Source: Tubulanus polymorphus
Lineage: Eukaryota > Animalia > Nemertea
Assembly (NCBI RefSeq): GCF_964204645.1
Contig: NC_134030.1
Span: forward strand, 14,942,110-15,006,109
Direction: 5' to 3'
DNA length: 64,000 nt
Positions 23,399 through 37,585 of the stretch are shown here, piece after piece (position 1 is the stretch's first letter; the number at the start of each line of letters is the position of its first letter). A program made the position numbers and the translations under genes. The notes below the pieces were generated by a model, which saw only the letters and a program-made list of their open reading frames with translations, had not been told where the DNA came from and made no database searches.

Positions 23399-24275
23399 AT
23401 ATTATTATGTGCTATCGTGAAACTGTTCGTAGAATTGGCCGCACAACACCCCTTGCCGTCGTTCTATGCGTTGTTAAAATGGACGCGTGGATCAAATGCG
23501 TTCAGTCAAATGATTATACTGAAGAAATAACGAAACTGAAACTGGATCAAAGAAACTTGATCTATTCTTGGAAGTTGGTTTTGTTAAAGCTTAAGGGCGA
23601 TTAGACAACGCTTTCTTGGAAGATTGCGCGAAGCATCCGATTGTGTTACATCCGAAGAATGCATTTACGAACTTGATAGTAACTGATTTACATGCGAACC
23701 CTGTACATAAAAACTTAGCCTGTACGATGGTTAAAGTTCGTGAAAATTACTTGGTCCCGACTCTTAGACAACTAGCAAAGAAGATCATTGATAAATGTGA
23801 CCCGTGTAATAGGGCCGATGAAAGACCATATGCGAAACCCGTTCCAGCACCGCTTCCGGAATTCCGAGTACAACTTACTCCACCGTTCGCTACCACCGGA
23901 GTCGATTTCTCGGGAGCAGTTACCGTTCGGAAATCTGATATTGTGAATACAGAGCAGGCGTACATTTGCTTATTCACGTGTGCGCGGTCACGAGATTTAT
24001 TCACTTGGAGTTAGTCCCTGATATGTCGGTTCCCAACTTTCTGTTAGCGTTTCGGAAGTTAATGGTATCGGATAATGCGCAAACGTTTCTTGCGACAAAG
24101 AATCAGCTAGGAATGTTGGAGAGGTTCGTTGCTGAGCATGGCTGTAAATGGGACTTTATCCCAAAAAGGCCCCGTGGTTTGGTGGCTATTACTAACGTTT
24201 GATAGGCCTTACGAAATCTGCGTTGCGTAAAGTTTTGTGGAAGACAAAACTAGAGTTCTTCGAACTTATGTTTAA
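23399..24275 (+). pseudogene. pol: BEL integrase region (frameshifted, truncated)
   Basis: HPIVLHP..H..C..C zinc domain, GVDFSG, YICLFTC..RFIHLELV, SDNAQTF. Confidence 0.85.
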
Positions 24276-27200
24276 TTATGTTTACGGTAAATTGGATGAT
24301 ATGATGATACGTTATTTGGTAATGAAACAAAAATACATCTGGAATGCAGCGATGATAGGTTTTTCGGAACAGAGCTGCGGCCTTCGCATTCGAACTTAAA
24401 ATGACGTATTTTAATTTCAAGGATTCGAACATTCATGTACAAACCAATTAGTTACTATTGATTCCTGAAATGTTTTAATTGAGAATCATTCAACTTTCAT
24501 TCATATTTAGTCAAACACTATTTCACACGTATTTATTTTATTTTTCAAAGTGGATTATAGGGTTATTCAAAGGGTTTTTATGACTTTCAAGGGTACGGTT
24601 TAGAATAAACCTATACGCAAATTGCGCATAGTTTGCGTATTAAAGGCGTCGCGTCACCATTTATGTATAATACCATACGCATTGTTCACATTATTGGAAT
24701 GCGTTTTTCGGCTCTGTATATTAATCGCGTTTAGTTTCTTTGCTTAAACCAAAACTGAAAATAAACGATAAAGATGTTTCGTCGATTCTAAGCTTTACCG
24801 CATGCAGGTGCAAATCCAGGGAGAAAGACACTAAGTAGTGGGATGGTTGTATCAAAGCTGTGGTAGTTTGTTGAATGGGCACTGTAGTGTGATCTGAGTG
24901 CATTTGTGACCAGCACACAGATCACAACGATCATAGTTAGTGTAGTTAACATCCAGGAGGCAACATGTGAAATAAAGTAATAAAAAAGGGTAACAAGTTT
25001 ATTTCCAATGCCCATTTTCCAATGCATTTCTTTGGAAATATCGAATTACTTAGATATTATCCTTTATTTTCGATCACTCATCATCGTACGAGATATTATT
25101 TTTTCCATTTCAAGCACGAGCGGGGAGGCCGATCACACGTGCGATCATTTGAAAGCTTTACGATTTTCTTTAATTAAACCTCCGAAAGTTGAGTTGAAAT
25201 ATATGAATGACATACGTGGCAAAAAATCAATTTTTCATATGTTCAGAGAACAATCTTAACTACTGGGGGTCCCCCGGTATGCTGATAAACACGTTGAAAC
25301 ACTAGATATACGAATACAAATGCGAAAACGGAGTCAGAAATTGATCATGTACTGTAAAATCGTAGATGTAAAATCGTGGGAAAGGTGCCCAGGTTGGCGG
25401 GTTCCAATGGCTCTTTGACGATGTTTTGTTTGTAGGTTGAGAACCGCGAACGCTGATACACCGAGTGTTGTGTACACGTCGTGTGGATTGTGTTTACAAA
25501 AAGCATGGGGAGCGTGCGCACCGCAAACAAGATGGCGGAAACTCTCTTGAAAAAAAAATCGCGACCCAGGCAACCATCGCGGCCAAACATACTGATCGTA
25601 AACATGCAATTGTTTATAAATCGGCACTTTGTGGCGGATAAATTATGAATATGTACAAAGAAATATGTATGATTCTGGCCGCGTACACTCAATCGGGACA
25701 GTTCGTGACTAGCTTCACCGCGGCATTATTATTTATCAACATCGCCATATTACATCATCCAGTCATATTGTTCCTTGAAACCCTCACGACTGAAATGATT
25801 GAAAGTGATATACAAGTTCTAATATTGAAAATTCAAAAGGTATTCATGTTCAAGGTGTTCAAAAGGTGTTCATTTGTGTTTGTTTATGCTGCTTCGCGTA
25901 AATCCCGTGCGGTGGCGCAACCGCGCGGAGTGGGGCCAATACGTCCAGGTTTCCGAAGAGGAGGGTACTACCAGTACGAGTGCGCGAGAGGGTGGGATTT
26001 TTTTAAATATCTGATCCCGAGATACGTTTTTCGACATACCTAGATGTAATATATCTGACATCTCGGGATGTCTAAAATTGTATTTCGGGAGCTTAAATTT
26101 AAAAAAAAATCTTTAATGCTATATTTCATCAGGTAATAAATAAGGCTTGATTGAAAATTAGGTGTCCATTACCACTTATTTGAGTGTGATTATTCAAGAA
26201 AATTGTGGATTAATATTATAATATTGACCATTAAAAATTCATAAGTGGCCATCAACGGCCGTTTTGAAAAATATAAAACGCCCCAGAGTAGCCACAGGTA
26301 CAAATCGCGGTACTACTCACAAAGCTTGAGTAATTGAGTTACACTTGAATTTATTCAAATCTTTATTCAAATCTTTAATCGGTGGCACTTCTAAATCCTC
26401 CCTGAAACCAGACACTGAAAGAACGCTGGCATATTCAGGAACATAGCATTAAATATAGATTTAAAAACATTTGCATTTGGTGGATGGCGGCGGCCATTTT
26501 CAAAAATTATTATCGTGGTAATAATTGGCGATGGCCCAACTACTCACAGGATAGCATATCCTGGCAATATTTGTCACTTCACTGCTCTACTATTTACGAT
26601 TATTATCGAACGGAAAAATTGCAAGTATCAGACATGTTTGATTTGATGCGAAGAAATCGGATCAGATATTACCGGATATATTTAGGATAATACGATGGAC
26701 CTACATTATGCGTGTGACCAAGAGGTATCATGCGATGCATCGCACAGGCGAACGGCTTTAAGATACAGTAAGATGTCGGTCCCGCAGAAAATTGTTGACT
26801 CCAAACTGGACGCACATCTTACGATGAATCGCAAAAGGTGTGCGACGGGCTTATGGAAGAAGGTTCAGCACCCAAAGCACCCCATCTGGATCCGCACCTG
26901 GTATCCTACATTTAGGTTTTTCGTATCACTAAGAGCACAACCTGTACATGTCACTCAGCACTGGGCTGAGTATTCGAAGCCGTATTAATCGTCTCATTTT
27001 GATGAATGAAATTTTAACTAGAAAAATATTTCTAGTTTCATGAATGAATATGTGACGGTTTTAGTAAATATCTTTATATATCAGGCCTTGGCCTAGAGAC
27101 CAATGAAACTCATATTCGGAACTGATCCGATCAAAACTGGGACAAGCTATTTACTGAAATTTTATAAAACTTGTTTCGAACTTGACAATACAATCTTTAA

Positions 27201-27720
27201 AGTTCCTATAATTCCCTCATCTCGAATATGCATGGTGTCGAAATGCAGAATACCCGTTATCGTTGGTTTGAAGCTTCTATTATCATTATGGGGCTTTGCT
27301 GCAATTGGGGGATACTTTATTGTAATTCTCGTGATTCGAAATATTCATTTTCGCCAATAAACCCGCAGCTGTTCGTAAAATGTATGATATATCAAATTCT
27401 ATCAAACTACTGATAGCTTTCAAATTCAATGCCACGGCGTTTGACTCGTAGTGTGCAGACTTCGAGTTAGAGTCCAGGCATATAATTTAAGCATGCACGA
27501 ATACAGTTGTGATCGGTCCTCGACAAATTGATGTCGCCATTCATGTCGGGTGTCGTCTCTTTTCTCTGGTTGTATGAGGAGAATAAATTGGGTGATCCCA
27601 ATTCCTTCGGGTAGAGTACGCAGCTTTGGAGAATTTAATGTGGAAGATGCTGCCAAGCAGAAATTCCATAATTGTTGCTAGTCTTCTTAATTTCTTAATG
27701 TTCTATCTTTCTCCTTGAAG

Positions 27721-27825
27721 ACTTATATGTGTAAATGGTGTGGAACACGCTACTGCAAGGAATGTATGAAAGGAGATTTTGCGGGACCCATGCTGGACCC
27801 GTTAAAATGTCGTGTTTGTAATCAG
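27721..27825 (+). CDS. Candidate internal host exon (105 bp, phase 0) of a Cys-rich protein
   Basis: Pyrimidine tract and AG acceptor, CAG|GTAAAT donor; TYMCKWCGTRYCKECMKGDFAGPMLDPLKCRVCNQ. Confidence 0.6.
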
Positions 27826-29914
27826 GTAAATCTTAATATACTAGTTATTACTTCATAATTAATGCGTCAATACAAGCGCAGCAGATAACTCTCATTTTGA
27901 GTATAAGAATGAACTAAAATGTGGATAAACTAGAAGACAGTGGAGCGGTTCAACTACACATCGGCAACAGCTTCTCGTGTCATCATGTCAAGGCATATCA
28001 AAATATCAATATTTTTGGCAAATATTCATATGGCAAATATGTCTGTTGACTATTTATGATCACCTATTGACAATAAACATGACAATGAAACTAACTGGAA
28101 AGTGTATTAACGCCTTGAAAATCAACACACATATTGCTTAATATCGAAAATAAAAAAGATGATACTAATTATCTAACCCCGATATTGATGACGTAGCACA
28201 CGTCCTCCCAAAACTGAGTATTAAAATCTATCAAAGATAAAATAAGAGTGGAAATATATAGAGATTGAATATATTATTTAGTTACAAAACTAATGCAAAA
28301 ATCCCACAATTGTTATAACGATAATATTGATGACGTAGTGCACATCAACTCATACACCCCGCAGACTAGATAACAATGTTTATACGTAGACATTATTTAA
28401 ACGGTTCATATGGCGTCAAAAATGTGAGTCGTTTAACTCATACTGCCATTGAAATTGTGTTATTGTGGTTATTATGAATGCCACGTAACCTGATGATTAG
28501 TTTAGGGGCTCCAGTGGAAATATGATCTACTTTTACCACGAAATACCAATGGAAGCATGGTTAGAAAAACGTTCGATCGTGAAACTTCAGTGTTTTTGTT
28601 AGAGTTATTATGAGCAACAAATTCACAATTCAAAGTATTTCAAAAGCATAGAACAATGAGCAACAACTCTACTGTTGAGAGATGATTCAAAATGTTATTA
28701 CCCTTGAGGTACTTGTTATGGCTAGAAAAAGCCAAAGCACACATACAACTCGGAAGACTGCCATCTACATAACAACAACAACTTTATTATGAAACAGAAC
28801 TGAACTGCTGTATAGCAACATTACGGACATTTAAACCCGCGCCAACAACGGAAGCACTCATGTATTAAAAGGAGATTTTAGACAACAATAACTACAATAC
28901 CAACAATACATGATCACCAACAACAACGTAGAAGTTCACAAATCGTACAAAATAGGAATTCCCAAATCGTTGATGTTTGACAAATATCCATACCGAATAC
29001 GTACCAGTACTTTGAATGGCAGTTTAAGATAGGAATCGTTGATGTTTGACAAATGTCTCTACCGAATAGGTAACAGTACTTTGAATGGCAATTCAAGACG
29101 AAGGGAACATGAAACCTCTAGCCTTTTATAGGTTTCATAATAAACCTATATATGCGTAACACATTTCCGATTCAAGGGATCCCGAATGTGAAACATACAA
29201 ACTGAAATGCAAAGTGTGAATGTTGTTATTTTTTTTTTGTTATGTCAACGGTCTGGCCGATCGATAATCATTCGTATGCTTAATACACTACGCTCGAAGC
29301 TATTTTAACACAACACTCGCAATTTCATTAGCCTGTAATTTCACTACTAATGAGCGAATTGAACGGATTAAGCAAAAAATATTTCGTAATTAGTTTTTCT
29401 TTATGATGCGCAAAGTTGAAAGCCGTAGGTTTTATATTTTTTGAGAAATTTACCAAAAAGTTTCAAAAATTCGATTTATTTGAGCACGTTTTTTGTGCAG
29501 CATTTATACAACTGTCCAAAATAACACATGTAGAAATTCAATGCTTTTTGCGTCGGAAGAACTTTATATCGCCAAGATCCGACGCTTGGTTCGGTAGTTA
29601 TGGGCTTTAAAAGACGAAACGCCTCAAAATCTTGGATCTATAAATTTGTGTCGAACTGGTTTTGATTTCCATCATGACGTCATAACATTGAACGAGGTGG
29701 ATCAGCTGGTGCGCGTTATTTCACAAACAAAATGGCGGCACGATTGAATAGGTTGATATTCATCATTTCTAGCGCGAAAACTGATATTTAAGGCGTATGA
29801 TATAACGATTTATTGTGTGCGATGTGTTCAATAATTCATCTAGTTTTAATATCCCGTGCATAAGGTAACGTTGCATCAAGATATCTGACGAAAATGTGGT
29901 TTCAAAATGCGGAA

Positions 29915-30170
29915 ATTTTTTTGCCAAAACAACGAAAAACATCCGATTTTCTCTAAAAGTTCGTTTTGGCGTGCCAAAACAAAGATTATTTCGCTTTGGC
30001 GCGGTGTGCGGTTTGATCCTGTGTGTAATTTGCATAAATTTGCAATATTCGGAATATTCTTTCTTTTTGGCGCGCCAAAACGGATTTTTAGAGAAATTTC
30101 GACGTTTTTCGTTGTTTTGGCGGGGGAGCCAAAATGAAAAACGGAATATTCTTTGTTTTGGCGCGCCAAA
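29915..30170. repeat. Degenerate repeat rich in TTTTGGCGCGCCAAAA palindromes; continues at 36179-36270
   Basis: Copies at ~29965, 30066, 30116, 30156, 36214 and 36246; 30081-30126 is repeated at 36180-36225. Confidence 0.7.
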
Positions 30171-30370
30171 ATCACAATTTTTAGAATTAAAATTTGTATT
30201 CCCGAAATACTTACCTGTAAAAACATACAAGCCAGCACTAGCTTGGCCGGAAACCCGCCAGAAAATTACGACTTTGAGACCTAGCGGTGGCGCCCTCCAC
30301 CAGAAACCACAATCTTTTTTTCACAAGGTTCAAGTGAAGCCAAGAGGGGTAGGCGGGAGGGACTAAAACG

Positions 30371-30467
30371 TATATTTTTACGGGTAAGTATTTCGGGAAT
30401 ACAAATTTTAATACTAAAAATTGTGATATTCCCGTCAATAGCTTCCCTGTAAAAACATACTAGCCAG
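30371..30467 (-). repeat. DIRS internal complementary region (ICR)
   Basis: Complement of the 30171 end (..TTGTGAT) fused to the complement of the 36178 end (ATTCCCGTCAATA..). Confidence 0.9.
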
Positions 30468-30661
30468 AATCCCAAAGCAAAAGGAGGTGGGTTGGCCTCA
30501 AAGTCGCAAGGAGGAAAAAGATATATATATATATATATATATCGTTCCAGACCCTCGGGAGATCGTACAATAATTAATTACAGAGAGAAGGTAACTCCCT
30601 TCTCCGGCCGTAACGAAAAATTCGAATATCTAACTATGTACACTAACGCTACCCGAACGCA

Positions 30662-31924
30662 CTAATCCCCGGGACCCGGGACGAAGGGGTCAGGAGAACT
30701 AAGTGTAGAAGAGGTCTTAGCCGGGAGGCGCCTCCTCTGAGCCAGAACTACCGGCCCAACTGACGACAAGGAGCCTAATTGGCCCGAAACGTCCTTCAAG
30801 TAGAACAAAGAAAAGGTCGAAGGCGAAGCCCAGAAGTTCGCCCTACAAACCTGATCAAGAGATCCACCGGAAAACACCGCCAAGGAAGTGGCCAGAGCAC
30901 GAACCTGGTGTGAAACAACGTCCTCAGACGGAGGAGCCCCTTCCCGACTGAGGGCTTCTTTGATCAGAGACACGATCCAACGAGATACTGTGTCTCGAGA
31001 AATATCTACCTCAGACTTATCTGACAAAGGCAAAAATAATCTTTCCCTTCCTTTACGGAAGGGGGCCGACCGGGCTATGTACGCCTACAAAGCCCTGACC
31101 GGGCATAAAAAGCCGTCCGAACACTCGCCGGACACCCTGTGCGTAAGAGCCTCGATCTTCCATTCCCGACCCGCCGAGGCCGGTTTTTGGTTCTTCGCTA
31201 AGAATGAGAGACTGGGGCGTAGAGTGACCGTCCTGTCGCGGGGTCCGTAAACGATATGACCGGGACGTACCGACAAAGCGTGTAGTTCGGACCTACGAGC
31301 CGCCATGGCCAGACATAACAAAAAAGCCGTCTTCTTGGTAAGACGAGAAAACAACAAAGAGTCTAAGGGCTCATACGGAGCCGCCATCAAATATTTCAGC
31401 ACGACGGTGAGGTCCCACGGGGGGACATGTTTAACCGCCTTCGGACGAGCGACCGAGAAACCTGCAATCAGGTTAGATATCCGAGTGTCCGATGTTATCG
31501 ACGGCAAACCCGCGGCGCGATGCGTATGAGATATGGCAGAGCGATAACCCTTAATAGTACTCATCTGCAAACCTTTCTCTTTGAACAAGAACAAAAAGAA
31601 ATCGGCTAAATCAGCTACAGGGGGAGCGCAGGGATCCACCTGTCTTCCACGACACCAATGGCTGAAGAATTCCCATTTTGAATCATAGACCAGTCCTGTC
31701 GAAGGTCATTTCGAAGCGACGATATAAGAGGCAGCGTCCTCCGAAAAGCCTTCATCTTGGAGGTTACGCTTGACAGCGGCCACGCGTGAAGGCTGAGCCG
31801 CCGCAGATTGGGGTGGCGCTTGAAACGACCTTGCGACAGGAGAGTTGGGAATACCGGAAGTACCCTGCGGTAGTCGCATAGGAGATACAGGAGTGGGGTG
31901 AACCACGACTGGACTGGCCAGCAA
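30662..31924 (-). pseudogene. DIRS tyrosine recombinase (frameshifted)
   Basis: STIKGYRSAIS, ARRSELHAL, FLAKNQ, LCPVRAL, HQVRALATS, W.SPSTF..FY. Confidence 0.9.
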
Positions 31925-33328
31925 GGTGCCACCAGAACCACTTCGCAGCTGACCGCCCGCTCTACCCGCGATAGTGTCTGGCCTATGAGTGGAATAGGCG
32001 GAAACGCGTACGCGTTGAAACCTTCCAATCCAGGGCCAGGGCGTCTACCGCCCAGGCCTGGCTGTCCGGGAAGGGGGAGATGAAAGTCGGACACGGGGTG
32101 TTGTACCGGGTTGCGAAGAGGTCCAGGACCGGCATTCCGGTCAGGGATCTCACCCGGTTCGCGACTTCTTGATTCAAGGACCATTCCGTCGGAATGGCCG
32201 GTCTAGACGTGAGAGAGCGTCGGCCAAGACATTCAATTTGCCTGCTAGGTGGGCTACTGACAGGGAAACTCCTTGGGCTTGAGCCCACAGAAGAATCTGA
32301 GAGGATAATCTGGTCAGGGAGTATGACCTGGTTCCTCCCTGGTTCTGGAGATTCGCCCGGACCGTGGAATTGTCGGTCAGACGACTAACGTGGTGACCGG
32401 CGATCTTCCTTCGAAAGTGTTTCAAAGCCTTCCACACTGCTAGCATTTCCAGGAAGTTGATATGCTCCTTTCTCTCCTCCAGGAACCATACACCCGACTT
32501 TTTCACATCCTCGAGGTGAGCCCCCCAGCCGTAGTGGCTGGCGTCCGTGCACATGACCACAGGCGCTCGGAGGGGGCCAAGGATGAGCCTCTCTTTAAAT
32601 TTCCCGAGAGAGCCCACCACCGAAGGCTGGGGCGGAGGTCTGCCGGAGGAAGAGGAAGAAGCGCGTGGACTAAATCCAAAGTCTTCTGAATGGCATCGCG
32701 ACACTCCTGTTCGGAGTTCACGACCACCAGCCAATCGTCTAAGTACACGAACAGCTGAATTCCCTTCTTCTGAAGCTTTTTCTGAATCGCCTTTACCAGT
32801 TTCGTAAACACCCATGGTGCTGAAGCCAGGCCGGAGGGGAGGGACGTGAACTGGTAATGGATGCCCCTCCACTTCACCCGGAGATATTTCTGAGATCTCC
32901 GATGAACCGGTACCTGAAAATAGGCGTCCTTGAGATCGATCGAAGCAGCCCATTGCCCCGGTTTCAAGCTCTGAATGACCTCCTTGGGGGTCGTCATTTT
33001 GAACTTGGGGCAATCCAGGTATTTGTTTAACATTGAGAGGTCTATAACCGTCCGAAGACCTCCCGAGGCCTTCGGAACGGTAAAAATCCTCGAATACCAA
33101 CCCCAGTGGGGACGACCCCGAATGCGATGTAGAGCTCCTTTCTCTATTAGCTCTTGAATCGCCGGGGCAATGCGCTGCTCCTGACCCCTTTTGGGGTGCA
33201 TGTCCGGAGGAGAGCTCGTTAAGGGAGGTCTCCTTCGGAAACGAATGCGATACCCGGCAGAGACAGTGCGTGTCTGTCAGGTATCGCCAAAGGCGTCGTA
33301 CCAGCGGGAAGCGGCGTGGCGAAGGCAC
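31615..33328 (-). pseudogene. DIRS RT, RNase H and methyltransferase-like domain (frameshifts, internal deletion)
   Basis: IDLKDAYFQV, YLDDWL, TDASHYGWG, HINFLEM, DNSTV, NVLADALSR, DLFAT, YAFPP. Confidence 0.9.
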
Positions 33329-33352
33329 GCCCCCACTGGAGAGTAACCTTCA

Positions 33353-35627
33353 TTAGTTCCCTTTTGTTTGTTTCCGAAAGGGCTTACCCTTTCTAGGGCC
33401 CGTGCCCGTAAACTTTTTACCGGGCATTTGGTTATTCGACGCATTATTAACCGAATTACCAGACCAACTGGATTGCTTATCCTGGGAGGAGCGGTTAGCC
33501 CCCTCCTGTAACGTTACTACGATCGATTGACAGTTGGAAGAGGCGTTAGACTTCTGAGCTGATTCCTGCTTTTTCGGAATGCGAAAAGGAGCCGATTTCG
33601 GTTGGGTCTCCTTGAGCTTCTGAGCCTGCTGTGCTGCCGTGCCGCACCAGCCGGAGGACAAACGGCTAGAGAGCCCAAGCGAGGCTCTGTACAGATTTTG
33701 TCTTACCGGTTCTGGTAGCTTAATATCCTTTAATAAGGAATGCCTTGCCACCAGAGCTAGATTCGCCTGAAGCCTGACCGCGACCGGGACCTGATGGCAA
33801 ATCGTCTTTGCCGACGACCGTAACAGCCTGTCAAGGGTGGCTACTGCATCGGCCGCTGCATCCAAGTCCGGGCTAGGTGAGGCGAGCTGTGCCTTAACGG
33901 CCGCCAGCTCCCCGTGCATGGCTACTAGAGCAATACCTTGAAATGAGCTGGCATATACTCTCGGCCAGTGACTGCATGGCCGCCATAGCCTGCTTCGGCA
34001 TGGAATAGTGAGCCGGGTGCAAAACCGGGATACCCAGAGCGGAGGCATCGGCGTCAATGGAACTGTCCGGCTTAAAAGACGAACCGGGGGTCACGTAATA
34101 GCTTGGTCTGAACCCAGCTATGGGTGGATCCACGCAGGAAAAGTACTTTAATTCCTTGATTCCTGACTCGAGAGGGGGCCAGGACCACTCTTGAGACGTC
34201 CTTGGGACGCCCCAGACCGCTAAATCGAGAGCGTCCTGGTACTCCTCCTTATAGGCCGGATGTTGTGCGAGAACAACGGCCGACGGGTCTTCCGGTTGAT
34301 GAAAGATCTGGGAGGCTAGACCCCTGGGTTGTGCCACCTTAGGTTTGGGTATGGTACCCTGGTACTTAGAGAAAACATCTTTTATCATGTCCGAGAAAGG
34401 CATATCTCCGGCCGCTAACACTTCCGTCGTGACAGAAGGGGTCGGTCGGTGAAGCCACCCTCTTACTACGAGAGGGGTCGGACTCAGTGGCAACTTCTCC
34501 TTCGACTGAACCCGAGACTGCGCCGTGACGCCCAGGGGCGAGCTGGGGGCCAGAGGCTCTTCGTCGAAATCATTATCCTCGTCTAACTCTAACTCTGGTG
34601 AGACCTCCTCTTCGTAAACCGGAGGGTCTACCGCGGAACCCTGGGAGTGTAGAGCGAGCGGTTCCGCCTGGAACTGAGACATCTGAAGCATAATAGCTTC
34701 TAGGACCGACGACACATCCTCGGAGGGCGGCTGTTGCCTCCGTGCCGAACGCGCTATGGGAGAGAACGAGACCGAGACCGAGGTGCAAGCGACGAGTTTC
34801 TTCTGCGATATCTCTCAAATTCCCTATACATTTTGCCCATGGGTGGGAGATGCCCTATTGGGCGCACGAGAACGATTACGCCTTCGGGAGCGAGGACCCT
34901 TAGAGCGTTTACAGGATTCCCCGTGCTTATATTTGTGTCCCCTGCGAGGGGAGCGTGGTAGAGAACGTCGAGAATAAACTGAAGACGATCTGACCGACTC
35001 AGAGAGCGAATCTGAGACGGCCGGCGAAACTGACCGGCTCGGTGACCGGGAAAGAGAGACCGACCGGGCCGTTGACCGGACCGGCGACCGGGACTTCTCC
35101 CGTGACCGGGACTCGAGCGGGACATCCGAAAGTCCTTTGAGAGCAGCCTTACTTTGTGTCTTGACCGGGAACCGGCGCGGAGTGCGAGACCGCGACCGGG
35201 TAGCCGGTATACGGACCGACCGGGACCGGGACCGGAAATTTTCCCGGGACCGGACCGGCACTTTGTCGTCCGATCCATTAGCGCCGGGAACACTTTGTTC
35301 CTCGGTCTTTGAGCGTTTCTGGGAGGCTCTAGACGGCCTTGCGAGGAGCGACTGAGCCGACGAAACTTCAGAAGCGACAGATATATCTGCTGCTTTGGAT
35401 TTAGCTTTACGTGACTGGTATGAGCGAGAATTATCCGCCCGTTGCCAGGTGGACTCCTCCCACTCGTCACATATAGAGCATCGGACAGATCTCGAACAGG
35501 GGTGCCCGTTCAAAGCGTAGCGGCAGGTTTGACAGGTGGGGTGCGAGTCCCACAAGCCAAGTATTTTTGAGCACGAAGCTCCCGCACAACGCTTCTGCCC
35601 CTTAGGGACAGAACCTCTGTCCGACAT
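33353..35627 (-). pseudogene. DIRS gag-like ORF1 (Cys-rich N-terminus, RS-rich linker), frameshifted
   Basis: ORFs 34824-35627, 33894-34715 and 33353-34057; C..C..DSHPTC..C..H.C....C..C..W. Confidence 0.75.
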
Positions 35628-37585
35628 TATACTGAAAACTGAAGTACGCTAAAACTTTAGTTATAAACGAAGTGTGTTATTTATTTTACTTTATTATGAA
35701 AAAAAAACGGAATCGATGAAAACGACGATAAAAAACACCACGGAATATAAGTTAGGACCGAGGCCTTTGAAACCCCGGGAGGTAGCGTGTACTCAATTTA
35801 ATTTAATGTTTAGAAAACGATGGCACGACCGGGAGGAAATTTTTTTTATGAAATCGAGAAATCGAAAAATTTCGGATTAAAAATTGATAAGAGAACGATC
35901 TCACCGCCGGCCGATCGATGAATCACCCGATTCCACTGTTTATTCTTCTTTTGTTAGTCAACACAAAGCCGACATACACACGTCTATAGCGTAAATTATT
36001 CACGATTTTCCGACCATTAATAAACGAATACAATGTGCGTTCACGCCAGTGAAAAAAAGATGCCGGTTTCCGGTGGAGGGCGCCACCGCTAGGTCTCAAA
36101 TTTGTAATTTTCTGGCGGGTTTTCCGGCCAAGCTAGTGCTGGCTAGTATGTTTTTACAGGGAAGTTATTGACGGGAATACGGATTTTTAGAGAAATTTCG
36201 ACGTTTTTCGTTGTTTTGGCGGGGGCGCGAAAACGAAAGTTCGTGTTGGCGGGGGCGCCAAAACGAAAGTGTACTTATACTCTCGTGTTCACTGCGTGTA
36301 TGTATCAAGAGTACGCGCGCCACGGTGTAGGTCGCGCATGACAACGATTTGTCTGGTTGAAGATGTAAGCTACAGCAATCCTATCGTGAAATTATTAAAA
36401 ATTATCAGTCAATCAATACACTTTAGTCAGTCAATACACTTTATTTCGTCAGTAACCGGCACTGACTGGCCTCAAATTTGAAGAACTTGGGAGCTTCTGT
36501 CCTGATTGGTCCGTATGATAGAAAACCTAATTATTCCGTATTAGCTAACAAAGCTAAGTTTTTTCATTTCATTTGAATGAATTCTCAACTACAGTAATTC
36601 TAATTCTGAATAGTTTTTCTTATTGTTTGGTAATTCCTTGCAAATCTCGTTTCTTCGTTTCATACAAGAAGTAGTTGAATGAAAGTACAGTTAGGCTGAA
36701 CCTGACAACCCATAATAAGTGCTAGCATCGAAATTTTATTATATCGATTTTATTTTCGATGTCATTGAAATTCGCAAATGAAGGTTCAACCGTTATTGTA
36801 CTTAGCATACTATGCTATGATAGCTTCGATTGGGTTTCATATGTCTACAAGGAGGAGTCTCAAAGTGTCGTCCCCGGTTTGAGGTCAAAACTTGGTTTAC
36901 TTTCTCTGCTGGAGATTACCAATTGCATTCATGCCTCGATTTGTCTGGCCTATGAGAGTCGAACATTTTCCGATACACAGGCTTGGCTTTAGTGTAGATG
37001 AAGGCTAGGCACTGCAGCACAATGTGGGTTAACTGGAACGAACTCTAAAATCTCAAAATTAAGCGAGTCAACGAGAAAGATCCAATAATTGAACGTTTAT
37101 CTAACTATATTAATTAACAGCTGAAAATATACATCATACATTCTGCAAGAGTACAGAAAAGAATTCAGTTCTACATTTTATTAGAATCAAACGTTAAAGC
37201 CACAGATTCGCTTAGCTTGGGTTTGAATTCTGGTTTCATTGCACCGTACTCTATTGAAATCTCCTTGGTTACCTCGGAATATCGCTTAGCTTTTAATGAC
37301 TAGAAATTTGGTCCCAGGAAAACCAAGTAAAGCGGGGTCTACTATACATCAGCTGTTGACTTATTTTTCTCTGGTTTAAAACATACAACGTATGGAATGA
37401 TCAACTGTCATCTGTTTTGGAATAAATAAAATATGTGACTAAAATTTAATAGAATTTTGTTCACATTTCTGGTTTTTACGGTAAAATTTCAATCTTAAAA
37501 TCTAAACCTATTTCAATCTTAAAATCTAAACCTATTTCAAAATTGATTTATAATCTATCATTACAATAATGCCTCTCTCCCACCC

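Larger units (their letters stand above)
1918..24275 (+). mobile_element. BEL/Pao LTR retrotransposon, degenerate, 3'-truncated, interrupted by two Polinton-family insertions
   Basis: LTR plus tRNA-Tyr PBS, gag, protease, RT and integrase fragments in order; the reading frame rejoins across the 3120-4422 insertion (DLL|VQGILKKL); no 3' LTR seen. Confidence 0.9.
30171..36178 (-). mobile_element. DIRS1-like tyrosine-recombinase retrotransposon with both ends and disrupted ORFs
   Basis: ITRs ~36049-36178 and ~30171-30324; ICR joining both ends; gag, RT/RH/MT and YR; no TSD. Confidence 0.93.

Noticed and set aside
24300-27500. Short ORFs as host genes
   Set aside because: No recognisable motifs; looks like decayed repeats (AAAATGGCCGCC-type motifs)
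30888-35355. Plus-strand ORFs over DIRS, and similar antisense ORFs over BEL, Gypsy and Academ
   Set aside because: Shadows of coding sequence on the opposite strand with no motifs
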